Both the position numbers and the translations under genes were made by a program. Under the pieces are notes generated by a model, which was not told where the DNA came from, searched no databases, and saw only the letters and a program-made list of their open reading frames with translations. From Schmidtea nova (lineage: Eukaryota), in contig CM097882.1 in the NCBI GenBank assembly GCA_044892505.1, forward strand, positions 524,716,146 to 524,770,000: DNA of 53,855 nt, given 5' to 3'. Below, piece after piece: positions 36,001-43,262 of this stretch; positions within the stretch are counted from its first letter, which is position 1; every line of letters starts with the position of its first letter.

Positions 36001-39000
36001 TTAGGGATGCTAAGTATTTTTCAGTTATTGACGCAAATAAGGGATATGTGCAAATTCAAATGGAAGAAGGGGATGCGGAAAAAACAGCATTTGTTATCGA
36101 GGATGGTTTATATGAGTACACACGATTACCTTTCGGGTTAACTAACGCACCAGCTACATTTCAGCGCCTAATGAACACAATATTAGTAAATGTACAACAT
36201 TGCGCAGTTTACATGGATGATATACTAATATCATCAAAAACATTTGAGGAACACTTAAAAGATATAACAAATGTACTCGAGAGACTAAGAAAAGCAAAAA
36301 TTAAAATTAAACCAACTAAGTGTAAATGGGCAGAACCTTCGGCGTTATTTCTAGGGCATATAGTTACAGTAGAAGGGATAAAACCAAATCCAGAAAAAAT
36401 AGAAGTTGTAAAGAAATTCCCAATACCAAAAACAGTACAACAAGTACAAGGGTTTTTAGGTCTAACAGGGTACTATCGTAAATTCATACAAGATTATGCA
36501 AAGATAGCATCACCGATAATAGAACTAACAAAGGGAATTAGAACAAAAGGAGAATGCAAAAATGTGTTAATAGTACAAGAAATTAACAGCAAAGTTAACA
36601 AGATACAAAAGAAGTGGACAAAGGAACACCAAGAAGCATTCAATAAACTAAAAGAAAGATTGATAACAGCACCAGTGTTAAGATATCCAGATTTCGAAAA
36701 ACAGTTTATAGTAATGACGGATGCCAGCGGGAAAGCCGTAGGAGCAGTCTTAGGCCAAGAAGAAGAAAAAGGGAAAGATTACGTAATAGCATATGCCAGT
36801 AAAACATTAAAAGGAGCACAGCTGAGGTATTCAACAATAGAAAAAGAATGTTACGCAATAGTATTCGCCCTAAAACAATTCAAACCATACATATATGGGA
36901 CTGAAGTGATAATAAGAACTGACCATAAACCATTAGAAGGCTTATGGAAACATAAAGATACATCAAGTAGATTACTTAAATGGGCAATGAAAATACAAGA
37001 CATGCACCTAAAAATTATATATAAACCAGGTAGAATAAATAAAAACGCAGATGCACTATCAAGAATACCAGAATTAGGAGCACTTGAAATATTTGCACTA
37101 GTAGCAGAAAAACCAATCGATATATATGAGGAACAGATGAAAGACCCAGAGATCAGTAAAGTAAAAAATGAAATCAGAAAAGAAAACAATTCAAAGTATA
37201 AAATATCAAAGAAATTAGTAGTAATAGAAGATTTCAATGGTAAGCAACTAATAGTAGTACCTCAGAAATTAAGACAAATACTCCTACTACAATATCACGA
37301 TGGAGCATTAGGAGGTCACTTATCATCTAGAAAGACAGCAAGTAGATTATTACAAAAATATTACTGGGAAGAATTAAAGAAAGATGTTAAGAGATGGTGT
37401 AACGCGTGTACAATATGTGCAACAAGAAAAAATACAGGTACAAAAACAAAAGCGCCGTTACATCCCATTCCAGCAACGACATCACCAATGGAACTATGTG
37501 CAATGGATTTTCTATGTAAATTACCTACTACAATTAATGGGAATAAACATATACTAGTATTTAGTGATTATTTTACTAGATGGGCAGAAGCATTTCCAAC
37601 AAAAGACGAAACAGCAGAAACAGTTGCTAAATTGCTTATAGAAAAAATTATTTTCAAGATAGGCACACCCAAAAGATTATTAACAGATAAAGGAACAAAT
37701 TTTACTAGTGAATTAATAAAACGAGTAGCTAATATTTTTAACATGCAAAAGATCAACACAACAGCGTATCACCCTCAAACGGATGGACTAGTAGAAAGAT
37801 TTAATGGGACATTACTAAGCAGACTAGCTGTTTTTGTAGGAAAAAATCAAAATGATTGGGACGAATACATAAGTCAATGCACATACATTCATAATATCAC
37901 TCCAAACGAAACAACAGGGAATTCACCGTATTATTTAATGTTTTTAAGAGAACCAGCAACACCAATAGATACAATATTTGAACCTCGAGTATCACAATAT
38001 TTAGATGCACCAGATTATGTCACATTAATGCAGGAAAAACTGCAAGAAGTGTATAAAGTAGCCAATCTAAAAGTCAAATATAGACAAGAACAGTACAAAG
38101 CCGACTACGACAAAAATAGTAAACCACACAACTTTAAAGTAGGTGATAAGGTTAGACTTATGTCACCACAAGTAGGAAAGGGAAAGACAACAAAACTAGC
38201 AAGACCATATAAAGGTCCATATGAGGTAGTAAAAGTAATAAATGAGAATTTACATTTACAAAAGCATAAAAACGAGGATCCAATAGTAGTACATGTCAAC
38301 AGATGCAAGTTGGCGGAAGCCGAGGTCACGATAGATAAACCTCACAAGTATAATCTAAGATCTCATAACAAACTAATAATATCGGCTATCTTCTTAACAA
38401 TCATAACAATTGTTGGCTCAACCGAAACAATAGAATTTGACAAAGTATTAATAAAAATATCAACAAACGAAGTTAGAGCATTTATCATAAATAGAGGAGT
38501 AATTGATTTATACATGCAAACAACGAATGGGAAAAACCCAAAGATGATAAAAGGAAAAGACGACAGAACAACCAACGAAATCGAAAGAGGAAACTATATT
38601 AATTTCACAAAACTAACACCTAATACAATATACAAAATCTGCATACAGAGAAACACAGATACAACAACATGGAGATGCAAAAAAATAAAAACAGAACAAT
38701 TACCCAAGAATATAACAAAAAACCATAACATAACAAAAACACTCGATAGAATAAAAAGCACAACAACGACATCAGATAATATACTAAATACCACACCACA
38801 TACAAACGAAATAACAACAAGCACTGGAATAGCCAAATTCCAAAAACAATACAATGCCAAAAAACAAAAACAAGAACCTATCAAAATAAGGCAAGGAAGA
38901 CCAATAGTGATACATAACTTAGAGGAACTACAAGCATTTCGTAAAGAGGATAAAAAGCCACATTGGCCTTATTATGTCATCACAACATCAATAATATCAT

Positions 39001-39155
39001 TAGTAGTTTTAGCTTTAATAACTAGCGTACAAATTTATAAAAAGTACAAGTGGAAAAGGCAGCGGTATCGGAGCCGACTGGTCAGAAATGTACCAGGGCA
39101 TTTCCATTTGGGCAAATATATACCAGGTGAATATACAAAATCCACATTGGTATAA
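30039..39155 (+). CDS. Single Gag-accessory-Env-Pol-FN3 polyprotein (open from 30006; first ATG at 30039)
   Basis: More than 9 kb uninterrupted ORF; domains are listed separately. Confidence 0.95.
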   Translation: MSNNSTGSSNSGSNSNTYNISSHNFIKTLPIESYKGDPEKFDDFFAEIAQYAEACGWKTNELKQRIPLYLKGYALQAYNNLACKGINYQELVTNLRKEIVIDRDLQKIKFQKFRSRYQGARESVGEYIYTITELAKKAFGAGDHTSKLIEDQFWNGIQKYLYKALITIEYEDLNELVQKAKRIEAIQRYRFKPEVDAVEVEKQPEVKPELRNKDDSIPWEEMKQLYLNFVNNRRKFSPNRSQSPENRGRFNSPGNKNFDNRNRNNFKDSYQRNNNRDSFRDNRFDRDNDRDNRDNFRDSRSGYNRNSYSGYNKNNRDSRFEYNRRDNRYRDNSRNRQDSPVRRNTYNNDGRDKVNFNGQIKCYNCQKYGHLAKVCNKPRADSPIRVRFKNEPEIKQVNSAELESANKEINILREELKEFKTQYGRLIERKLEMSINEFSTFTNEVDIDNDELKEIREADEIFLTKENRQKELIEEFKEVLHKQPFDDNETLRVINKIQVNGIDLERLRNLIPMMVKRQNLTRVFELEIEIKEMLKCYGEYIRKNEKLHETLNVTIESNDNYFFSIKQKMHPCTKVSKLKRMVRAKWPGTIGEKDVIKLYFNGIELLSDEYLIDYGINPVSDNIVVATVEKQMINEIMTPVPSVELSINEENDFDRLFRLWDKSPSETKKSVMDEEIIFKPIDEKYSNLQETIERIAEEAKTKDAETSKRGRGRPRKSEIIEKSENRKTAERLREIANQHKHEQPEYQDDNNDVNKIKEVIKAMNIKLFPETKPTVLIENITERMMLIKKDTKELATEEANEKTVLKIMFNTGIDKDKIITAMAYLAARYKKLIKENPKEQLEKVATMMFKRLKVEAIPWIKKKGGWKVLYDKDTTNKESDTDEVIKQLIKKATVKPKTESKSITSIVIVIITLLLDLIKGGNAMVAYDCQNPKWGQKYSLLDVENCPEANPTKLIMSEPQIFHVYQESDFIHTEAKECIVKYQEEAYICHVGARTVLKPTWTPEAVILSPIECEDAFKTKKVKYSGHKGIELEARIGAKMRQDVNVVGWTSKGGYCEGGEYTIWGEKLSNVVVRRHYMVELRKFKASFDSSSKKMMIYKFCTLEESYCDTGESMLIYKIDKYDCQLTKLKSLKFREIKGKQFTEVDSKRVRDQKRKTTIVQEKDTPTIYMSESENEAMRFVSKRKSVKCGKEIIQTNYEGIYISKEEVKDAKQKVNKFDVKLASYFNNKIDFFYHNQLVQLDKVYQSTIMSDCKLNREILRTKMAVAVTNPDLMAPIIFSEEGTFARIVGEVIQTFQCKPVSVSLATNNQCTNELPVIYKGERVYLQPITRILTEKTYIPRKIEKCTNLLDPLYKINDEMWISMSDRKEAMKPLKLELIELEKRLEFKEINDMDSNGIYTREAIESARKHMLFPNEKERVLSIMVNRVIEGSYGGNYNFDVLLSKEYFKKVAYKVLYSIWGYFAVLGNMFSTILGIYYTVALLKMICSSLVSLRQLKQVFGNSYKLLACLCPFIAKYLITAKHDKEIRLIKVQRNEERQLLVDDENDEEIIKAHISHEGNVPQQGLYENQREQLKELQENIEIKIPRENKNCHCEPKKIYGCYSLEVETMERLDAANEARPRLRIIINNIIINALVDTGAATSLIREDQLTDDQKRNIMSTTDKVVSLSAHRIPLKGDIELIVETPEQVINHIFKVVQECNSICILGIDILNKLENCIIDLTDNTIKRKAIKHKSKFTEVVALEAFELEYECDHIIPLKVNIKSEDTFIFEPETAIIQNQNIMLTNECVIPRKGIIPLRIANYEKSNVKIHKGTKLGKLFKGELEKTYEVSEISVMNNNGKGVVEPSKINNIKSYDKVKINNEYLTITQQAQLQTLIDKYSDVFAKHEFDLGDTDIIKHVIDTGNARPIKQRPYSVPYKLREEIKRQIKELNDAGVIKQSFSQWASPIVPVKKKDGEIRMCIDYRKLNDVTVKDSYPFPKAQEQYDKLRDAKYFSVIDANKGYVQIQMEEGDAEKTAFVIEDGLYEYTRLPFGLTNAPATFQRLMNTILVNVQHCAVYMDDILISSKTFEEHLKDITNVLERLRKAKIKIKPTKCKWAEPSALFLGHIVTVEGIKPNPEKIEVVKKFPIPKTVQQVQGFLGLTGYYRKFIQDYAKIASPIIELTKGIRTKGECKNVLIVQEINSKVNKIQKKWTKEHQEAFNKLKERLITAPVLRYPDFEKQFIVMTDASGKAVGAVLGQEEEKGKDYVIAYASKTLKGAQLRYSTIEKECYAIVFALKQFKPYIYGTEVIIRTDHKPLEGLWKHKDTSSRLLKWAMKIQDMHLKIIYKPGRINKNADALSRIPELGALEIFALVAEKPIDIYEEQMKDPEISKVKNEIRKENNSKYKISKKLVVIEDFNGKQLIVVPQKLRQILLLQYHDGALGGHLSSRKTASRLLQKYYWEELKKDVKRWCNACTICATRKNTGTKTKAPLHPIPATTSPMELCAMDFLCKLPTTINGNKHILVFSDYFTRWAEAFPTKDETAETVAKLLIEKIIFKIGTPKRLLTDKGTNFTSELIKRVANIFNMQKINTTAYHPQTDGLVERFNGTLLSRLAVFVGKNQNDWDEYISQCTYIHNITPNETTGNSPYYLMFLREPATPIDTIFEPRVSQYLDAPDYVTLMQEKLQEVYKVANLKVKYRQEQYKADYDKNSKPHNFKVGDKVRLMSPQVGKGKTTKLARPYKGPYEVVKVINENLHLQKHKNEDPIVVHVNRCKLAEAEVTIDKPHKYNLRSHNKLIISAIFLTIITIVGSTETIEFDKVLIKISTNEVRAFIINRGVIDLYMQTTNGKNPKMIKGKDDRTTNEIERGNYINFTKLTPNTIYKICIQRNTDTTTWRCKKIKTEQLPKNITKNHNITKTLDRIKSTTTTSDNILNTTPHTNEITTSTGIAKFQKQYNAKKQKQEPIKIRQGRPIVIHNLEELQAFRKEDKKPHWPYYVITTSIISLVVLALITSVQIYKKYKWKRQRYRSRLVRNVPGHFHLGKYIPGEYTKSTLV
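30129..31163 (+). other. Gag: capsid-like region, R/D/N-rich linker and CCHC zinc knuckle
   Basis: IESYKGDPEKFDDFF..LYLKGYALQAY..QGARESVGEY (retrotransposon gag pattern); CYNCQKYGHLAKVC at 31122-31163. Confidence 0.9.
31689..31925 (+). other. Ubiquitin-like domain within the polyprotein
   Basis: TKVSKLKRMV..IKLYFNGIELLSDEYLIDYGI aligns with ubiquitin [30 protein letters not shown]. Confidence 0.7.
32160..32186 (+). other. AT-hook motif
   Basis: KRGRGRPRK. Confidence 0.75.
32290..32650 (+). other. Bcl-2-like domain
   Basis: BH1-like MFNTGIDKDKIITAMAY (compare LFRDGVNWGRIVAFF) and BH2-like IPWIKKKGGWKVLY (compare TWIQDNGGWDAFVELY) at Bcl-2-like spacing, followed by a hydrophobic tail. Confidence 0.6.
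32742..34600 (+). other. Internal signal peptide plus chuvirus-like envelope/fusion glycoprotein with C-terminal TM
   Basis: SITSIVIVIITLLLDLIKGGNA/MVAYDC..YSLLDVENC, 14 ectodomain Cys, LPVIYKGERVYLQPITRIL, GIYTREAIE, and hydrophobic segments at 34400-34590. Confidence 0.8.
34900..35210 (+). other. Retropepsin aspartic protease
   Basis: INALVDTGAATSLI and ICILGIDIL. Confidence 0.92.
35680..37075 (+). other. Reverse transcriptase and RNase H
   Basis: LPFGLTNAPATFQR and YMDD (36210-36221); RNase H TDASGKAVGAVL, EKECYAIV and TDHKPL. Confidence 0.97.
37290..38320 (+). other. Integrase (HHCC, DD35E, GPY/F)
   Basis: YHDGALGGH..CNACTIC, AMDF, TDKGTNF, GLVERFN and YKGPYEV. Confidence 0.96.
38365..39155 (+). 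other. C-terminal type I membrane protein: signal peptide, FN3-like domain, Thr-rich stalk, TM, basic tail
   Basis: LIISAIFLTIITIVGS; KLTPNTIYKICIQ (FN3 LxPxTxY motif); sequons NFT, NIT x2 and NTT; TM WPYYVITTSIISLVVLALITSVQIY; tail KKYKWKRQRYRSR. Confidence 0.7.
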
Positions 39156-39618
39156 TACGTTTTGGTCAATAATAATAATTAAAATCATATATATTCGTAT
39201 TTATATAGCGTATAAGGTTAAACCGACAATACGCCTTAAACAAAAAACTTTATCCTTTATTTTTAGAAAAGATTGCACGAGCAAAACAAAGCAAGTTCTA
39301 ACAAACTCCGAAAACCCAATCAATCTCGTGAATTCTACACACCAATCAAATCATTGCGACAACCATTCAAAAATCTCAAGAAATACAATCATCTCTTTTT
39401 TAAACTATCACAACAAACAATCAAAAAACCCTACTAATCATCTCCATACAAAATACCCAATCAATCTCGTCAATTCTATAAACCAATCGAATCGTTACGA
39501 CAATTACCCATATATCTCAATATATTCAATTATATCTCTGTTAAACTGTCAAAATCCTAGTAATCATCTCTCAAATCAATATCTCAAGAAATCAATTCAA
39601 TACCAATCAAAAACAAAG

Positions 39619-41718
39619 ATGAATCAAAATCAACCTCATTTCAATCACTCAAGAACCTACCAGAAATACACTTGTTTTATAAACAAACTCAACATGAGTT
39701 TTTACAAAAATCTACAGAACAAGATATGTACGGATGGAACCCCAATTACAATTCGCAGTTTCCCAAATCAAATATGCATCCCAAATGACATGAAAGTCGA
39801 AATAGAAGAACGGGAAATGCATCTGATAAAATTCAATGAGGCCCGAAGAGTGAAACTCAGAGAGCTTATTGGAACCTTCGACAAATACCAAAACGTCGAC
39901 AAAGAAGTTGCAGAAAACAAGAGAATCCCTCACAGACTAATATTCCACATGACAAAAACAGAAGTTGCAATAAGTCAAAATAAAATCCCGTTAATTGTCA
40001 CAAGCAACTGTTCAGCAGTTATCAAGTTAATAAGAAAAGACAGAAGCATGTCAAACGATTTCAATGAGCTGACAGTGCAGATGAACAACCTACCATGTGT
40101 GATAGCAATCGAAGTGCTATATATCCCGACAATCCCAAATCCGTTCATAAAATTAAACCCAATACATTCAATCCTACAAATAAATGAAGATATGATCAAT
40201 CAGAAGATATCATTCACGAATCAAGAGTTAACGACAGAAGAAAGGCATTCATTAACTGTAATGGTGGATATAAAAGTAGTACAAGATATAAACAAAAATC
40301 TCAGACCAGTGGAAATTTGTATCAGAAGCAGAAAAGGAGCAATTCTGTATAACAAATTCATCACCCCAAGAACGAAAGTAGAAAAATTCTACACGGAAAA
40401 AACTAAAGCTACAAAAGAAAACATAATTGGAAATGAAGACGAATATAAAGCCTTAAATGAAATTCGAAACATTCTCTATGGAAAGATCATAATTGGATTC
40501 AACATCATAGATAAGTTAAAACTATTGACGATAGATCTGGACAACATTATGGGCATAAGAGAAATGGCACAGGATCGATTCATGTGTTCTTTTGTAAAAA
40601 ACGTGGCCCCACCAAAAATAAAAATATCAAATTTGGCTTACCAGGTAATCAACTACCATAAAAGTTAACATAAAGATAAAAAGTTAAATGATATATTGAG
40701 ACAACCAGAACCATTCTCAACAAAGATCACCACAATGCTATTAAAAGTTATCTACGATATCACAGAAAATAAATGGGAAGAAGTTGTCAAATGGGATTCC
40801 GCAACACTTCTTAAAAAGAAACAAGTAAATGGAGAAGAACAACTAGAAACAATATTCGAAAACGAAACAGAGAGCGAAGCAGAAGGTGAGATAGAAAGTG
40901 AATATGAAGATGGAGAAGGCATGGAGCCGTCCCATAGAGAATCAACAAAAACCAATCATTACAAACCAAAAAAGTCATTCATGGAAGAGCTCATGGACAG
41001 TGACGACGATGAACTCATGATCATAAAAGAAGAAATACCACTTATCGCCCCAACTAGAGAAATCAAAGCAGAACCAAAAATTCAAAATATTCTATATGAA
41101 AGAATGGACGAATGTGACATAGATGATGAATATTTCTCAGCAGATGAAAACATAGAAGAACCTTCAACCAGCAGTAACGACATCAAAATGGAAGAAGATA
41201 GTGAAGAACCATCAACAAGTAATAAATACAACATAATGGAAGAGGATATCGGACCAGAACCAAACGTTGAAATGTTAGCCGACTGGACAGAACCAGAAGA
41301 ATTAGACTTCATAATAGACAAAGACAAAAAGTATGTCTCAGAAAAAGATCTCTGCACTCATTTTGGAAGACAAATTGAGCACGAGGAGACGATAAACCTT
41401 GCGATAAAAAATGGATTTCGAAAAACAACAATTCAAATAAAAGAGAAAAGAATTGATTTAATATTGTGTGACAAGGGTAATGAGGACATTACTTTGACGG
41501 CCCGGGGAGGAATGTTGGATGATGAAGGTAAGCCCATCAATACATTCCTCCTATCAGAAAATTATAGTGTGGGGGGCAACAAATACAGAGTGAACATTTA
41601 TGCAGAGCCTGTCGATAAGACCAATATTCAAAAAGAAACAGAACCCAATATCAATCAGTACCCAGTGCACAATCAATCCAAGCACCAACCAGGATATCAA
41701 CATCCATTTGATATTTGA
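39619..41718 (+). CDS. Accessory ORF2: unknown N-terminal domain, DEDDh (ISG20/REX4-like) pseudo-exonuclease, acidic region; one in-frame TAA at 40666-40668
   Basis: ORFs 39088-40668 and 40696-41718 are in the same frame. VMVDIKVV..PVEICIRSRKGAILYNKFITP..EIRNILYGKIIIGFNI follows the ISG20/REX4 pattern. Start codon uncertain (39619 or 39694). Confidence 0.6.
41504..41512 (+). promoter_or_regulatory. Polypurine tract
   Basis: GGGGAGGAA immediately before the 3' LTR TG. Confidence 0.85.
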
Positions 41719-42638
41719 TTGACATTTGATATTTAATATTTGATCGACATTTGATATTTAATATTTGATCGACATTTGATATTATTATTGGGAATGTTAT
41801 TTCTTGTATATATTTCTAGTGTAAATATTTGACATTGGATATTATTATTTTAGTTGGGAATGCGATATATTAGTTTAGTTCTTTTAAATGTATAAAATTA
41901 TTATTAATATTTATGTACTTTTTATTCTTTTAAATGTATATAATTTAAAAAATTATTATTAATATTTATGTACTTTTTAATGAAATATTTTATTATTTTA
42001 ATTATACAGATATTAGAATCAACATAATTGTAGGAAATTATTTTAATTATTTTGAAGCGGCAGCGAGTCAATATTAGAATCAACATAATTGTAGGAAATT
42101 ATTTTAATTATTTTGAAGCGGCAGCGAGTCAACATTGTTCCAATAGCGAAATTATTTGAAATTATTTTAATTGTTGTAATTATTTCAACAACGAGTACGA
42201 AAAACTTTAGTATTTAAAGAAGGGAAAATTTCTAAAACTTGCCCACAATTTTTGAAATTCAATTTCAATAAAATTTAGCGAAACAAACTTTCTCAAAGGG
42301 TAATCCTGAGAGAACTTAAAATATACGAACAGCACAAAAACGTTCAACACGAAATTGTTATCGTTAAAATAAACATAATACATTCACTAAATAACAAGCA
42401 CACAATAGGACACGCAAAAAATATCCTTTAAATAAAACAGTGTGAAAATTTGAAAGCGTAATTGATAGTTTTTGATTTGAAAGTGTAATTGGTAACTTTT
42501 AGAGTAATTGAGAACTTTTGATTCTTAAATTTGGTAAATTTTATTATTGAATAAATTTTTCAAAAGACTTGATCTTATTTTTATATACGATAGTCTACAC
42601 CAGTGCACGTTGAGATCTAAAAATCTTGGACCTCAACA
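41513..42638 (+). repeat. 3' LTR (1,126 bp)
   Basis: Direct repeat of the 5' LTR; no mismatch noticed by eye. Confidence 0.97.
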
Positions 42639-42644
42639 GTAGCA

Positions 42645-42890
42645 ATAAGGATCAAAGATCAATTATGATGCAATATAAGTCAAAGGTTGAATATAATGTA
42701 ATTGGGTCAAATGTAATGTAATTGAAGTTAAATATGACGTAATTGACTCGAATATGATATGATCTATGTCAAATAAGACGTTATCGGGGTTAAAAATGAT
42801 GTATACTGGGCCGATCATTACATAATAAGGTCAATTATTATGTTAAATACGTTGCTTATTGTGTAATATGGGTCATAGGTCAATTATTAC
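42645..42890. repeat. Degenerate approximately 20-bp minisatellite (AATATGATGTAATTGGGTCA-like)
   Basis: Recurrent ATATGA(T/C)GTAATTG and GGTCAA motifs. Confidence 0.4.
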
Positions 42891-43262
42891 TTAATCTCGG
42901 GGGTATTGTATCTGATGGAGACACATCATGCTACTCAAACATGCAAAGAGCCTGTTTTGATAAAGATTTCAAGAATTCTTTTGTTTGTATTCTAATAACT
43001 ACATTATATTTTCGGTGTTGTCACAAGTTATGATATTTTCTAAATTATACATTAATAAAAGGTTGATAACAAAAGTTCTTATACAAAAATTATATTTCAA
43101 AAAATGATAGTTACAATTTAAATTATCAAATTGTACAATATTTTGTAATCCTTAATAACATGAATTAATTTTTTTAATTTTTTTTGTTTAAAGCTAATAT
43201 GTTATTGTTATTTAAGATTATTTTAAATATATATTATCAAAAATTAATCTAAGTTACGAGAT

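Larger units (their letters stand above)
28664..42638 (+). mobile_element. Complete Ty3/gypsy-type LTR retroelement (retrovirus-like, carries an envelope glycoprotein), 13,975 bp
   Basis: TGTTG..CAACA LTRs, 4-bp TSD GTAG (28660-28663, 42639-42642), PBS, PPT, PR-RT-RH-IN order, and RT motifs WASPIVPVKKKDG, RMCIDYRKLN and YMDD. Confidence 0.97.

Noticed and set aside
30724-41357. Many antisense and alternate-frame ORFs inside the LTR element (hydrophobic, I/S/L/F-rich)
   Set aside because: These are expected shadows of an extremely A-rich sense strand and have no recognisable motifs.
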